A stretch of 63,277 nucleotides of DNA, filler included, from Globobulimina sp. (taxonomy: Eukaryota), in the NCBI GenBank assembly GCA_003354225.1. It is 24 parts of 24 records of this genome, joined end to end, with 100 filler letters (N's around TTAATTAATTAA, not from the genome) between each part and the next. Parts side by side here need not be neighbours in the genome. Positions count along the whole stretch, not along the records: positions 34,347 to 36,887 come from PIVH01006103.1; positions 36,988 to 39,528 come from PIVH01006104.1; positions 39,629 to 42,168 come from PIVH01006105.1; positions 42,269 to 44,808 come from PIVH01006106.1; positions 44,909 to 47,448 come from PIVH01006107.1; positions 47,549 to 50,087 come from PIVH01006108.1; 18 more parts are not named here. One strand, given 5' to 3'. The translations under genes were made by a program, and so were the position numbers. Below, piece after piece: positions 34,347 through 48,304 of the stretch; position 1 is the stretch's first letter; every line of letters starts with the position of its first letter. The notes beneath the pieces were generated by a model. It searched no databases. It had not been told where the DNA came from and saw nothing but the letters and a program-made list of their open reading frames with translations.

Positions 34347-36887
34347 AATTTTGTTACAGATGTCATATCACTTTCATTCATTTTCATGTTAAATTTATGC
34401 TTGATTTCGTTATATACCTTTTCAGCCATTTCATAATCATTATATTTTTTACATCCGTTCAACAACGAAGTCCACATTTCTATGTTACTGTCATCTTTAG
34501 AATAACTTTCATATTCCAATATAAGTGTATATGCCTGCAAAATCCTACCATTTCTGGATAAACAATCAACCAAACTCGTCGACACAAAACAATCGTATCT
34601 AACATTATCTTTTTTGATTTCATTTTGCCAAATATTTATTGCCATATCCACCTCGCCACCGTTACCAAGTGCATTGATCAATAATTTAAACGTCTTACAA
34701 TGAATATTATTATTATTCGCTGCATTTTCTTTTTTGATATCGTCAAATATTTTCAGTGCATTATTAACATCGTTATTTCTCCCAAATGCGTATAACATTG
34801 AATCATAAATTGCAAGCTGTTTAATTTGAATATTGTCAAATATTTTTTTACATTCATCCAACATTCCACATTTGCCATACATATTTATTAAATGCATTTG
34901 AATCAATGGATCATTGATCATATTATTTACTTTCAATGTTTCATGAATATGCTGTCCAAGTTGTAAAATGGATGCATGAGTGCACGCTTTGAGTGCAGTG
35001 ACATAACTAACTTTATCTGGAATTAATAAATTATTCATTTCTGATAAATTCTCAAACAATTCAATACATTTTATTGCTAAATCATTGTGGATGAATGCCT
35101 GCATCATTGCATTTACACAAGCTATGTTTTTATGCTTGTTATTGATGCAATGAAATATGTGTACTGCCTCATCGATCTCTTTGCATTTTCCATAAAAATT
35201 AATTAAGGCTGAATTGATATAAATGTCATCGGTTTGACCAATAAATCTGTGGATCTCTTTGCCTTTAACTATATTCTCTGCATTAATACTCTTTGAACAT
35301 GCTTTCAACGCCAATGTATGTGATGTCTCATCATGTAACCAATCATATTTTTCATATATGCCCAGTGCTTCCTTATTGCATCCATTATTGAGAAATACAG
35401 TCATCATACAATTGATGCAAACGCAATCCTTATTTTTATTATTAATGTTATCGAATATGTATTTTGCATCCATTATTTTACCAAAATAGCCATAAAAATT
35501 GATCATTGTATTCTCAACTTGTAAGTGATGAGCATTGTGATTGATATTAATATTTTCATAAATCTGCTTTCCCGGCTGATAGTTATCCATATTTTTACAT
35601 GCATGTATCGCCAATACATGAGTTATATTATTATTTAACAGTGCAAAATCATTATATATTTGCAAGGCATGTTCATTTTTATTGTTGTTGATTAATAATT
35701 TCATAATAACAGCAACAGCAACTACATTTATTTTAGGTTTATTAATGTTGTTGAATAAATTCAATGCAATGTCTATTTTACCAAATGTTCCATAAAAATC
35801 AATCAATGCCGTTTGAATACGCATATCTTCAAATAGTAATTGTTGATTTTCTTTTATATTGTCATGAATTTGTATTCCCCTCTTCCAATTTTTGGAACAC
35901 GCTTTGATTGCCATTATATGACATTGTTTATTACAAAATGTATAAAATTTGTCATAAATATGCAATGCTTTTTCATTTTGTTGGTTGGTGATTAACATTT
36001 TCATCATTTTATAAATAAATTTATCTTTGTTATTGTCATTTGGTATTGAAGCAAATATAAATTGTGCTCTTTCTAACACATTAAAATGACAATAAAAATC
36101 AAATAAAACAGTTTTATATTTAACATTATTATTGATATCGATATTTATCTCTGAAATGATTTTATTTCCTGTTTCAAAATTATTAGTCATGATACATGCT
36201 TTAAGCGCTAATAAATGACAAATCTCATCATGCAAATGATTATATGATTGATTATGATATAAGTTTAATGCTTTTACATTTTGGCAGTTATTAAGCAATG
36301 CTTTCAACATTGATCCAATCACAACTTTATCTTTTGAATCTATTGCAATTGATTCAAATATTTTTTCCGATTTGTCAATTTGTAAATATTTGCCATATGC
36401 ATTAATCAATGCTGTTTTGATGAAAATATCTTTATTCACATTCATATTCAAAGCAATCACTGAATAAATAGTATCTAATTGTTTTATATTTTGGCATTTT
36501 GATATTAATTTTGAGCAATTTCTGGAAAAATCTTTCATTTCATAAGCCGTTTTAAATTGATAATTACTCTCATTCATCAAACACAAAATATCTATACAAT
36601 GTTGAATATTATTCATGTTCACAAAGCATTGCATCAACAAAGGATATTGAATCAAATCATTATTTTCGTTCTGTTTACATACATCATTCCATATAATACT
36701 CGCCTTTTGTGGTTCATTATAATGAATGCAAACTCTTAAAAACTTGTTAATGGTAAAATGATTTTTACCTTCATCAATTTCATTGTAAATATCAATTGCC
36801 TCATTAACAGCGTTTAATTTTTTTTTATTTCTCAAAAGATCGTTTAATAACTTTGTAGCGTCATAATTGGAAAGCTTTGATTGTTTC
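34347..36887 (-). CDS. PLS-like pentatricopeptide repeat protein with an E-domain-like C-terminus (partial)
   Basis: Repeated ALINxYGKCG..A..IF motifs and G.QIH motifs; ends LVDCLSRNGRI..A..MWTSLLNGCKKYNDYEMAE. Confidence 0.9.
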
Positions 36888-37075
36888 NNNNNNNNNNNNN
36901 NNNNNNNNNNNNNNNNNNNNNNNNNNNNNNNTTAATTAATTAANNNNNNNNNNNNNNNNNNNNNNNNNNNNNNNNNNNNNNNNNNNNCGGTGATTCCGCA
37001 TAGTATTCTGCGTATTAAATAAATTGTCAATAAAGTATTGATTCAGTGTGCGAATTCAATGAAGAAATATATAAA

Positions 37076-37312
37076 CTAAACTACATGTACAGCATCACAA
37101 TAATATCCAGACTGTTGCTCCGAACAGTTCTTAGTCGCCATCGTATTTCTGCTATAATATGAACAATTCTGTGCATCCATATCACAGGGAATTTCACAGC
37201 CAATGTGGAGATCTACTTCATTTGTTGCCGGATGAGCACATTGCATTTTCGCAGAAACACATATCAAATTGTGATATAATAAAGCGATTGAGATAAACGA
37301 TGCTACAGTCAT
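37076..37312 (-). CDS. First exon of a secreted Cys-rich protein
   Basis: Signal peptide-like N-terminus and 6 Cys; probably continues past an intron. Confidence 0.4.
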   Translation of the reverse strand: MTVASFISIALLYHNLICVSAKMQCAHPATNEVDLHIGCEIPCDMDAQNCSYYSRNTMATKNCSEQQSGYYCDAVHVV

Positions 37313-37532
37313 CAGAACGCCATGAGGAGCACTTCAAAAAACGTTTTGGAATCAATCAAGTTCAAAGTCCAGATCCATGTTCATCTCAACAGGAACTACT
37401 TCATCCAAAGGTCATAAACACTCAAATGTGTTCAAAAGACACGGCTTAAGAATGAAAAATAAAGTCTCTGCTTCATGCAGCAAAACACTGTTTAGTGATT
37501 AATATTTGATTATTTATTTATTGTATTATTAA

Positions 37533-39528
37533 ATGCAAAATTTAAGATGGATGGTTGGAGCAATTGTTGTATTCGTCGTAATTGCCATTTCAACCGCAGT
37601 GGTTCATTTAGGTCAGGATTTGATGTATGCCGATCAAGCACAAAGAGATGCATTGCAATCGCACTCGCATTCAAATGATGCACTGATTATTTTAAATAAT
37701 ATGAATGAACAGTTGGATCACAATATAAATAATAATAATATTTTACTATCATCGTCCAGTAATGATGAGGATGACGACAATTATGATGATAATTCAGAGA
37801 CAGATAAAGAACGAATGGATGTGAATGGCGAAGAAGTAAATATAAAAAAATCGGAGCTAGAAGAGGTATGGAAAGAGGTTGAACATCAATTGGATGAAAA
37901 TCAAGAAAGCAGTTATTATTATATATATATACATGCATTCATATATCCATACAATAAACACATCATTCATTTTGTTGAATAAATAGATGGTTTTGTCGAT
38001 AATGACGATCGTGATGATGCTGATACTGATAACAGGGCCAATAGTGATGATACAGAGTATACGCAAAGCAATGAAGATGATACGAATGAGATTGTAAATG
38101 ACAATGAAAATGAGATTGTAAATGACAATGAAAATGAGATTGTAAACGATAATGAGATTGAGAATGACAATGAAAATGAGAATGATAGCGGCGATGATGA
38201 GGAGGGTTTAAATATAAATATATTTGCAGACAATGATGACAAAGATGCAGCAAAAACATTTGATTCAGAGAATAAAAAAAGTAGCGACAAAATAAAAATT
38301 AATAATTATGGTCATGAATTGGACAACGACTCAATGGAAAAGGGCCAAATATTCAAACCAGCGCAGAGTGCTGATATAAATAATGAGAATGAATCTGATT
38401 CAAATGATGATGAAGAGGATAGCATTGGTAATAGAGCTATGGATAAAATACAGGAACCAAATGACGATGACGCAGATCTTGATATTGTTGCCAAAGCAAA
38501 TGAGTCCGATGATATTCAGCAACATAATGATAACCAAAGCGATGCAAATAAGGAGGAACATAAAACTCCATCCTCCGATGCCAAAAAACCACAATTAGAC
38601 TCTGAAGAGTTGCAACGTGTCTTATTCCCACAATACTGGGACTTGCCAACCTTTTTTGACATCGATCCGAATGACATCGACGCATTGGTAAAATATTGGC
38701 GCTCGCCGGGCAAAACGCATTATAATAAATACAGCACCAAATACCGAGAGATTCAAGCGTACGATTTAAAAGAGACCATAATGCATCAGGACGAACATCA
38801 CAATGGCAAATTAGAATACATTTACGATCTAAATAATGGGCGCGAGCATGCCTACAATATCGATTATGACTATTTCTATCCATATATGTATCCCATCGAA
38901 GCGTACGACAAAAAGTTCTTAAATCCAGAGGTTTTCATCGGGAATTTAAGCGAATTCATTGAGTCTGAAATTGGCCATCCGCAGTCCCGATATATTCCCA
39001 AATGGGACATCTATGAAATATTTGCCGCGAATGGGGACAAATATCGCCGCATTATATCCAAACAAGCAATGTATGACAAACATGAAGCATATTTACGTGC
39101 CAATTATCAAGATATTGAGCTCATTTTCCCGGAGAATGATACCTTATTATTTGCGATGTTGAACAGATTCGGAGAGAGATTGAAAGCGAATCTTTTGAAT
39201 ATGTCGCAATCCAACCATGGCGGCAAATTTTTGCACGCATTGAAAAAAATGGAGGATGAAGGTTCCTCATCGAAGCGGAGGCGATTGGAAGGTTTTGGGC
39301 TGTTTGATTCTGCGGAAAATACTGCGAAGTTGGACTTAAATGATATCAATATTGGCGACTCCACGCGAGAGGACGTAGAGCGACCACGCATTCATACTTT
39401 CAATGGTCTGACCTCAGACATTACCTATTTTCATCGCAATCGCTCTTCCTGCAAATATGCGCATAATATGGCCACGGATTCGCCAATGAAAGTGTTCATG
39501 GCTGGCAATATGAATATGGCTATGGATA
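37533..39528 (+). CDS. Type II membrane protein with an acidic Asn-rich stalk (intron 37912-37986; 3' truncated)
   Basis: N-terminal signal anchor; NEIVNDNE 24-bp repeats at about 38084-38170; splicing restores the frame into ORF 38319. Confidence 0.7.
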
Positions 39529-39628
39529 NNNNNNNNNNNNNNNNNNNNNNNNNNNNNNNNNNNNNNNNNNNNTTAATTAATTAANNNNNNNNNNNNNNNN
39601 NNNNNNNNNNNNNNNNNNNNNNNNNNNN

Positions 39629-40372
39629 GACAGTAAAATTCTCTCTACGATGTTGATTATTGTTATATGGACAAGAACCGCAATCATCGCCATTAGGGCA
39701 TGACGTCGATGATATATCAGTACCATTTATATCGTAGACAAAAAATGTTGGGTCATATGAAGTGTAACAATCATCAAATGAAACATTAGCATATTGGTTC
39801 AATGTCAATTGATGTATTTTGGTTTCTCCTCTTGAAATTGCGTCAATTATGCTGTCACCACAGGATACAGAATAATCATTTGTTGATTGTAGAGGAATGG
39901 GGCTGCATTGGAGGTCAATAGTATAATTGCCACCTATTTTAAATAAATTATTAGATTGTGGAGAAGTGACATATTATATATACCAACCTGGAGAAGTGGC
40001 ATAGGGACCGATTTCAATATGATACGATCCAGCGTTAAGTATTGGAATCGTGAAATTTTCTCTGTAACTATGATGAATGCATGAACCACAATCATCACCA
40101 TAGACATTGCAATAATCTGTGGATATTTTTGTGTTTGAAGAGTCATATACAAACATTTCTGTATCAAACGTGCTGGGACAATTATCAAAATTTACTGAAT
40201 ATGATGCATTTAAAGTAAATTGATAATAATGACTCTGTGGGTTTGTAACCGGGATTACATTTGATACCGTTTCTCCACATGATATGGTTCCATTGCTAAG
40301 TGATAACACCTGATTTAGAATACAAACTACGATACAGATTGTAAACAATCGCCAAACACTTGCAGACGACAT
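39629..40372 (-). CDS. Secreted protein with tandem PPC-like beta domains (one intron; 3' truncated)
   Basis: Signal peptide; two copies of CG..V/I....Y..TL..Y..V.FD.C..FD...VYD..GDDCGSC..RENFT. Confidence 0.7.
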
Positions 40373-40465
40373 TACTTGTTCTAAGTTTGGCAGTAATTAT
40401 AAATAAAAGTTTTTTTTTTAAACAATGGCATAATTAATACTTGCTTTCGGTCAATATAATTTAAT

Positions 40466-42168
40466 ATGTCTATAGCTAAACGTGTTAAAATAAACAATTT
40501 TGTGGCAGTTCGAAAGCTAAAACAGTTGGATTTACAATATCTCAATAAAACAAACAAGGAAAGCATTATAAACGAAGCATATCGAATTTATTCAGGGATC
40601 CATGGATCCAGTAATTATCATGTAATCAATACATTGTTAAATATGTCTTTAAAATATAAGCAATCACATCGAATATTTTTTATTTGGAATGATATTTGTA
40701 AAGCAATACATCAACAAAACAAAACACAAAACATTGATATATCTTATTCACTGTTATTAAAATGCTGCATTGAATCAGAAAATATCCCTAAATGCATTCA
40801 AGTATTACTATGGATTGAAAAATCAAATTACAAACTAAAAATACATGATTTATTCATTCGCAAATTGTTATCAAACTGTGACACTCTGCAACACATAGAA
40901 TACATTCAACGATTAATAAATGAGAAATTTATAGAAAATAATGATAAATACATTAAAGCTGCGTTAATTACTGCATATGGTCGATGTAACAGCATTGAAC
41001 AGGCACAGCATGCATTTGATTACACTCTTGATTCGGACAAAGATATTTTTATCATCAGTGCAATGCTGAAAGCATATATCGACAACAAATATTATATGAA
41101 AGCATTAGATTTGTATCAAACCATTAGCTGCAATCAAAACGATGATGTTTCAAATATGTTTGCTATTAAAGCTGCGCTCAAAATCAATGATACGAAGCTT
41201 GCTCAGTCAATAATTAATACAATTAATTTCAACCAACATTCACACATTCAACTTCTTAATACAATCATTGATTTTTATGGGGACTCATTAGATTTGGACA
41301 ATGCTTTGAAAACATTCAATGAGATTAATCATAGAAAGAAAACAATTTTTACTTTCAATGCGATGATTGCCGCTTACATTCACAATACACATAATGAGGC
41401 AGCTTTGAATTTATTTGATACAATCACAGTGCAGAAAGATGGTACAAGTTATTTATTGGCAATGCGAGCATGTTCGAATATAAATGATGTTGAAAAGGCA
41501 CAAATAATATTTGATTCTATTGCTGATAAACAAAAAAATAGTGTCAATATTGGTGCAATGATGAAGGTGTATCTCAATAATGGAGACAGTGAGGATGCAT
41601 TGCAAGTATATGATGAATACAATTATATTAATTATGATGAGGTAACCAATAGTTTAGCGATCAAAGCTTGTGCAAAAAGCATGAACTTGAGCAAAGGTAA
41701 AGAAATTCATAAATTAGTAAAAAACAGTCAGAAGAACATATCGATTCAATTTACAAACACTTTAATTGACTTTTATGGTAAAATGAAATGTATTGATATC
41801 GCACAAGAGATATTTATGTCAATTGATAAATCATTATACGATGTATATACCGTTGGTTGTATGATGAATGCATACATCAATAATGAACACAGTCAGAATG
41901 CATTGGATTTGTATGATAATTCACCCGCAAACAGCATAAACAATCTATGTCATAGGTTCACAATCAAAGCTTGTTCAAACACTCGAAATTACCAGAAAGG
42001 AAAACAAATTATTTCCAATGTTGACATTGTTGCTATTGACACTGAAATGAAAAGCAGTGTGATTGAGTTTTATGGAATATTTAAAGATATTTTATCTGCC
42101 GAAAAAATATTTGATTCAGTTGACGATTCACATAAAAATGATGCAATAATTTGTGTAATGATGAAAGC
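40466..42168 (+). CDS. PLS-like PPR protein (3' truncated)
   Basis: LITAYGRCNSIEQAQHAF, NTLIDFYGK..A..IF, GKEIH repeats. Confidence 0.9.
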
Positions 42169-42268
42169 NNNNNNNNNNNNNNNNNNNNNNNNNNNNNNNN
42201 NNNNNNNNNNNNTTAATTAATTAANNNNNNNNNNNNNNNNNNNNNNNNNNNNNNNNNNNNNNNNNNNN

Positions 42269-44808
42269 ATCATTGTTTGAAATCCAATTTCCTCCAATTC
42301 ACACAACAGTTTCCCATCAATTTTATTTAGATTCTCTTGCAATAATTTTTCTTTTTCTTCTGGATCTGCAACATTACGGATTGCGGGTAAAAGTATACGT
42401 TTTTTTGTTTCTGAGGCATCCAACACAGATAAAATTGCCGCATAATCTAATTCTTTATATACGTGATAATCTTTTAAAAACGCTAATATTTTACAACATG
42501 CATCACATTCTGCTGCCTTTCCATTGCAATCAAGCTCATTATTGCGACCTATAATGATATCATTGTTCAAATATTTTTGTTTTGATTCGCCTTTCAAAGT
42601 ATTGGTAATGGCGCTAATTTTGCCAAATCCACAACAACGACAGCAATTCATTAAGGGATGACATGGGGTCAAGTCCTTTCCATTTATTTTAATTATTTTA
42701 TTATGGCAACAACATTCAGAGCACCACCATTCATTTAAGCAGAGAGAACCAAATATCGCTGAATATAAAAGATATAAATCATTCATCAAATTATAGTTTG
42801 GTCGGTCTTTACTTTTAATTTTATTTTTTGTGATTAAATACCAAAATAGATTTGTTAAGGTTTCACTTTCTTTTTTTAAGGACCAATTATTCAATAATTT
42901 TAATGCAATTTCTTCATAATTGATTGGAAAGGTATCAGTTGATAATTGTTTTAAGTTTTTCACATTTATATACTTCTTTAACTCAGAACGATCGACATGA
43001 TCCATGATTTTTGACTCAATTTCTTCATTGTTTGGTACATTAAAGGTTTGTATTAATTGCATTATTTGCATCGCATCGTCTTTTTTAATCGCCAGTATAT
43101 TTCTTAACTTGTTAATGAGTATCTTATCTGCGTTACTTGTCTCAATAAACCATTTGCCATCAATCCAATCTTGAACCTGGTCACCGTGTAAATCATTTCT
43201 TTTTGTTATCTTCTCATCAATTCGTTGAATACGCAAAGTACAGACTATTTCAGCCAATCTGTACGAATCAATGGTGGATAAAACAATATTGTCGGAACTT
43301 TCTAACTTATTTGATAACTTATTGGCGATTATCCCAATCATTTTATCTTCAAAAAACTGTCCGATTAAATCGGTTAAATATAATTTTATATTCATATTTT
43401 TTTTGATCAATTCTTGGATAACAATTCCATTTATATTCTTATCCCGGATAATGGCCATGATTTGTTTGCAATATAATGTGTATTTAACATCTGATAAAAA
43501 CCAATATTTAATAATATTACAAATGTCGGCATTTGTCATTTTATAGAGTGCTTTTATTTCGTTGAAGATAATGGTGGATAAAGTGTCTAATTGCTCCTTA
43601 TTCTTTGTTTCAAATATTTTTATCTGATAATCATGAATTTCCTTCGTTGTGTATCTGCCCTCAATATCAATTTGCGGCAATTTGTCTTTTGATTTGTTGC
43701 AATGATATCCAATGGCTTTGGCAAACTTAACTGAGTCACTTAGTTGTTCCCGGAAATCGATCTCCATTTGCAATTGCTCCCTAAACCCAAAAATATCTGC
43801 GTTATTACTCCATGCGACGGATAAGGAGATCACTAAAACATTTTCAATATCGTCAATATCTAAAATACATATATATGATATGGATAAAATTGAGTAAATA
43901 TACAACTGACAACATTTTATTATAAACCACGCAATTTGCAAATACCCAACAATAAATAAACCAACACAATAAACTAAAATAATTCGTATTTCTTACAGCA
44001 ATAATCATTACGCAGTAGAATATACATAACATAATAACCCCTATATTTATATAAAATTCTTTGGTTTCATAATTCTCTAAATTTTGCCATGAATTCGGAT
44101 TTAAATCTTGAATGCTCGACGCTGATAATTCCGATAACACTTCAAATATCACGATTGAATTATATTCAATGCCCTCAGTTCCAGCGTCAGAAATCTTTTC
44201 CAAATTTAGAGCAGAATCAAAATATTCTCGCAAACCATGTTGCACCATTTGCTTAAATGTATTTGTGTTATTTCCCTCGTTATAACTATCTACCATCTGT
44301 TTACAAGTAAGGCTCCAAACAGTATCACACAAACATTCCTGTTGCATTTCCCACCTTTTCCCAGCAATCGCATTGTCATGATCTGCTGTGAAAAAGTCTT
44401 CTTTCATTCGAATCCAAAAATTTTCATACCCAAATCCTGAGCCCATAATGTCCTTAAACCCCTTTTCAATTATTTTAATAATATCATCAGCTACGATATG
44501 AAATTCATGAGTGATATATTCGATTTCTTCTCTGCTAAAATTACGAATTTCGCAAATAAAATCAAATTTGGAATTGTATTCATTTGCAGCGGTTGGTTCT
44601 CGGGTCGGATCTGTAGTGGGCTCTGTTGTTGGATCATGTGTGGGATTGTCAGTTGGTGATGGTGTTGGACCTAACGTTGGCTGATTTGTTGGATTGTTGG
44701 TTGGATCGTATGTTGGCTCAAATGTTGGATCAAAGGTTGGGATTGCAGTCGGATACAACGTGGGTTAGCTGGTTGGATCAGAGGTGGGATCTTTTGTTGG
44801 ATGTGTAG
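42269..44808 (-). CDS. Membrane protein with an extracellular PTxDPT stalk and a cytosolic Cys-rich domain (partial, multi-exon)
   Basis: PTFDPT/PTDNPT repeats, a TM segment, WWCSECCCHN..CCRCCG zinc-ribbon-like motif. Confidence 0.6.
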
Positions 44809-44908
44809 NNNNNNNNNNNNNNNNNNNNNNNNNNNNNNNNNNNNNNNNNNNNTTAATTAATTAANNNNNNNNNNNNNNNNNNNNNNNNNNNNNNNNNNNN
44901 NNNNNNNN

Positions 44909-46197
44909 TTTTGTGCCATTAATTTCATTCTTTGTACACTTTTATGCAATTCATCCAATTTATCATTAAATTCCTCGTCTTCCTCTTGACGCCCACCTAA
45001 TTTCACCTGCTTTCTTTTTTTACTGTATCCTCGCTGTGCTTTCTCTTTCTCCCATTCCGTCATCTTCTTATTCAAATTCATTGTATCCACAGACTTCCTT
45101 TTCTCATAAACCTGTCTCTCCGGCGCTTTCTTAAAGTAATTCCCAATGCCACCCCACACACTTTTCATTCCTTTCAACGTAAACTCTGTGCGATCCAAGT
45201 TCTGATCCGTTTCATGCAACATTTTATCCACATTCTCCAATTGTTCTGTGCAACAACAACAAACATTTTAAAGTACCTTCATTTTGCACACACTCAAAAA
45301 CTTTCATTTTCACTTCAAAAATGACAACAAAGCCATGGCGCCAGACATTTACACTCAACTCCTTTGATTGTACAATACCTCCGATGTATCAGCCGCTAAT
45401 TCCTCAGATTGGTACGCTGTCCTTAACGATTGATCTAAATGAGATATAGTTTGGTCTCTTAGCTGCTGTTTGTATTCCTGTTGTTGTTCCATTGTATTCA
45501 TGTCAGGTCTTTGTCGGCTTCGTTTATTTTTGTGTGTATACTCATCATTAAGTGCCCCATTCCTATATTTATTGCGTATTATATTCCTATACGCTGGATT
45601 TGATATTCCTTGCTGTGTATCCGCAGTGCCATAATTCCTGCGCGAATAGGACGGATTGGACGCTTTGTTGCTGTGCACATTTCGAGAGGATTGAGTCTGT
45701 GCTGCTTTCTTGCTGTTATATCCATTGTACTTTTTATTTGACGAATATGCAGATTTCGCTTTGGTGAATGCTGGCGGTTTATTATCATAAGCATTATTAT
45801 TGGAGTTTGCCTTTTTGTTATATTTCGATTTCGAAGTGATTGCATCGTAGGGATCGGTGTTAGAAGAGGTATTATTTTGTTTTGGTGCTGGTTTGGATGG
45901 TTTCGATGCTTCATAATAAGAATTATGATCATCATACGCTGAGTTGCCGTATGCATTGTACACTCCATATGACTTTCCATAGGAGGCACCATGAAAATTT
46001 GTTTGCTGTGTTTGCTGAGTTGATTTTTTTTTTGGTTTTTTTGGTTTGTATGACTGATCAGGTGGCGGCGAATCAAAGTCATCTGTGTCTCGTGTTGGTG
46101 TTTCAGTGGGTTTGGATGATGTGTTGTTGTTATCATCATCGTCATCATCTTTCCACCATGGTTTATCATCATCGTATGCTCGACCACCATATGCCAT
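44909..46197 (-). CDS. SNAP-25-like Qbc SNARE with a long disordered N-terminus (intron 45246-45359; 3' truncated)
   Basis: SLRTAYQSEELAADTSEVLYNQR..QLENVD..LKGMKSVWGG; second SNARE helix LDELHKSVQRMKLMA. Confidence 0.8.
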
Positions 46198-46357
46198 GAG
46201 TCAAATTAATGCAAGGGGAAAAAACTTTTTTTATGTGAAGTGTTAATCAGTTATCGGCGGTTTACGCATTTAATCTAATTAACTCGTTAAATTATTTCAT
46301 GATCTTTTTGCATGTTTTTAATGAAACAATATCGAAAAAATGTTAGCGTGAAAAGAG

Positions 46358-47142
46358 TCACATGACATCTTGTTGGTTGTTATTCTGTTGGTTGTCATTC
46401 GCATTCATATCAATGACATCAATATCGTATCCATCCCTTTCCATAAACAAATATTGGATCCACCTCGGCGTCTTTATTAATTGTATTTTATTTGGATGTG
46501 TTATCTCGGGATATATCCATTTTGCAAAATAATAGCAATGACCGACACCAATGCCCAACAAATCGGCAGTCACATCATGTCCCAGCAACAGACTCAAGCC
46601 CAACAGCACCTATTTAGTACAGTGATATATTTATAGTCATTGAGTGCAAGGATAAGCATAGAAATACAACAACAAACCCATGGCAGCCATGGTGCGGTAA
46701 AATTCATCAATCCTATAAATTGTAATTGCGTCCACGGATTTCTCTTACTCCAAATATAAACTAACATAAAAGTCAATGACGAGCCTAAAAATGGAATGGA
46801 AACAATCGGCGCAGCAAATAACATCAACACTGAGCCCAACATTATCATATAGACAAAATCGCCCGTTCTTCCAGCAAAGGTTTCTTCCTCTAATCGGCGG
46901 GAATATCGCGCCAAGAAAAACATATGAAAAAATAAATCCAATCCAAATGTTGAACCGAAGAAGAAAAAATTTGTAAATAAACGCCAAAATTGATATTGCT
47001 TGAATATAAAATGCACATTGAAATATAATGAATACGGTGAGATTAATTCCATGTAACATCCCAATGTTGTTAATAGACAAAATGTTAAATATGTTCGTGT
47101 TATCATTGGAATATCAAAATACATTCTCGTTATGTCCACCAT
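46358..47142 (-). CDS. DERL2: Derlin (Der1-like ERAD protein); intron 46610-46677
   Basis: IPMITRTY, QFWRLFTNFFFFG, YSRRLEE, YIWSKRNP, FTAPWLPW|VLL, DLLGIGVGHCYYF. Confidence 0.93.
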
Positions 47143-47548
47143 GGTGAAGTATTTCCGATGGGTTCACGATTATGAATTTAATTATGATGCTAATTATAAT
47201 AATTGAATCAAGTGAAAAGAAGCTGACATGACGTTAGAAAGATGTGAAGCAAGATAATTATATAATGTCGACCCTTGCTAGAAGGCTGTAAAAAGGGAAT
47301 GCAACACACGTCTTGAAAATGATGACAAAGTTTATTACAATGGACTCACACAAAAAGAAGGAAATTTACCAAATCGAGGATGATTATTTTGTTGAATCTC
47401 TAATTTATAATTATATTTAGCATATTTGATTGAATGTTTATTTATTAANNNNNNNNNNNNNNNNNNNNNNNNNNNNNNNNNNNNNNNNNNNNTTAATTAA
47501 TTAANNNNNNNNNNNNNNNNNNNNNNNNNNNNNNNNNNNNNNNNNNNN

Positions 47549-48304
47549 ATCGTAATTGAAGAAGAAAAATATATCTCTGTACAAATGGGTAAAAATGAAA
47601 TAAAAATGTTTAAAATTAAGGCGCAAAATGAATCGTATAAAGTATGTGAAGCTGATGAAAAATTTACCATTACGTTACCAACCACGCAAACCATAAATTA
47701 TTGTGATTTTGATTCAAATTTTGACAGTATTTTATTGATTACAAATTATACGACTTTACAGAAACGACCAATGACGAATATCAATGATATTTCAGTGAGC
47801 TTAGTATTGGACGAAAAAATTAATCAATCCAGTTTCCGTAATTTAGCAGTATCGAATGATGGTAATTTTTGTGCGTTGGGAGGCGGAGGATATAAAAATT
47901 ATTTTTATGTCATTGATATTAGTAAAAAAGAACAATATAAGATGACATCGACTGTGTTGCAAGACACGTATGCTCCGTGTTTTATTAATGGCAAAAATGA
48001 GTATATCTCGGTGAGTGATAAAAGGGGAAGGATTGAAATATGGGACATTGGGAGAAAACAACCCATTAAGACGTTATATATCGGAGTGAGTCAATGGGTG
48101 ACATCGAGTGCGTCGACAAATAATATATTAGCTGTTGGTTCTTGGGATAAACAATTGAGATTATACGATGTTAGAAATTGGGAATGTTTTTATTTAAAAA
48201 AGTTTAGCATCAAACCAAATGCGCTCGATTTGACCAAGGATTTGAAATATCTCACTTGCAGTGGAGTTGGTGGAGAATATTGTGTGGTACTCAATATTGA
48301 ATGA
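47549..48304 (+). CDS. WD40-repeat protein (5' truncated)
   Basis: GRIEIWDI, LAVGSWDKQLRLYDVR. Confidence 0.8.
   Translation: MVIEEEKYISVQMGKNEIKMFKIKAQNESYKVCEADEKFTITLPTTQTINYCDFDSNFDSILLITNYTTLQKRPMTNINDISVSLVLDEKINQSSFRNLAVSNDGNFCALGGGGYKNYFYVIDISKKEQYKMTSTVLQDTYAPCFINGKNEYISVSDKRGRIEIWDIGRKQPIKTLYIGVSQWVTSSASTNNILAVGSWDKQLRLYDVRNWECFYLKKFSIKPNALDLTKDLKYLTCSGVGGEYCVVLNIE

Noticed and set aside
43165-43185. TTGAACCTGG B-box-like match
   Set aside because: Inside a coding exon, with no complementary T-stem
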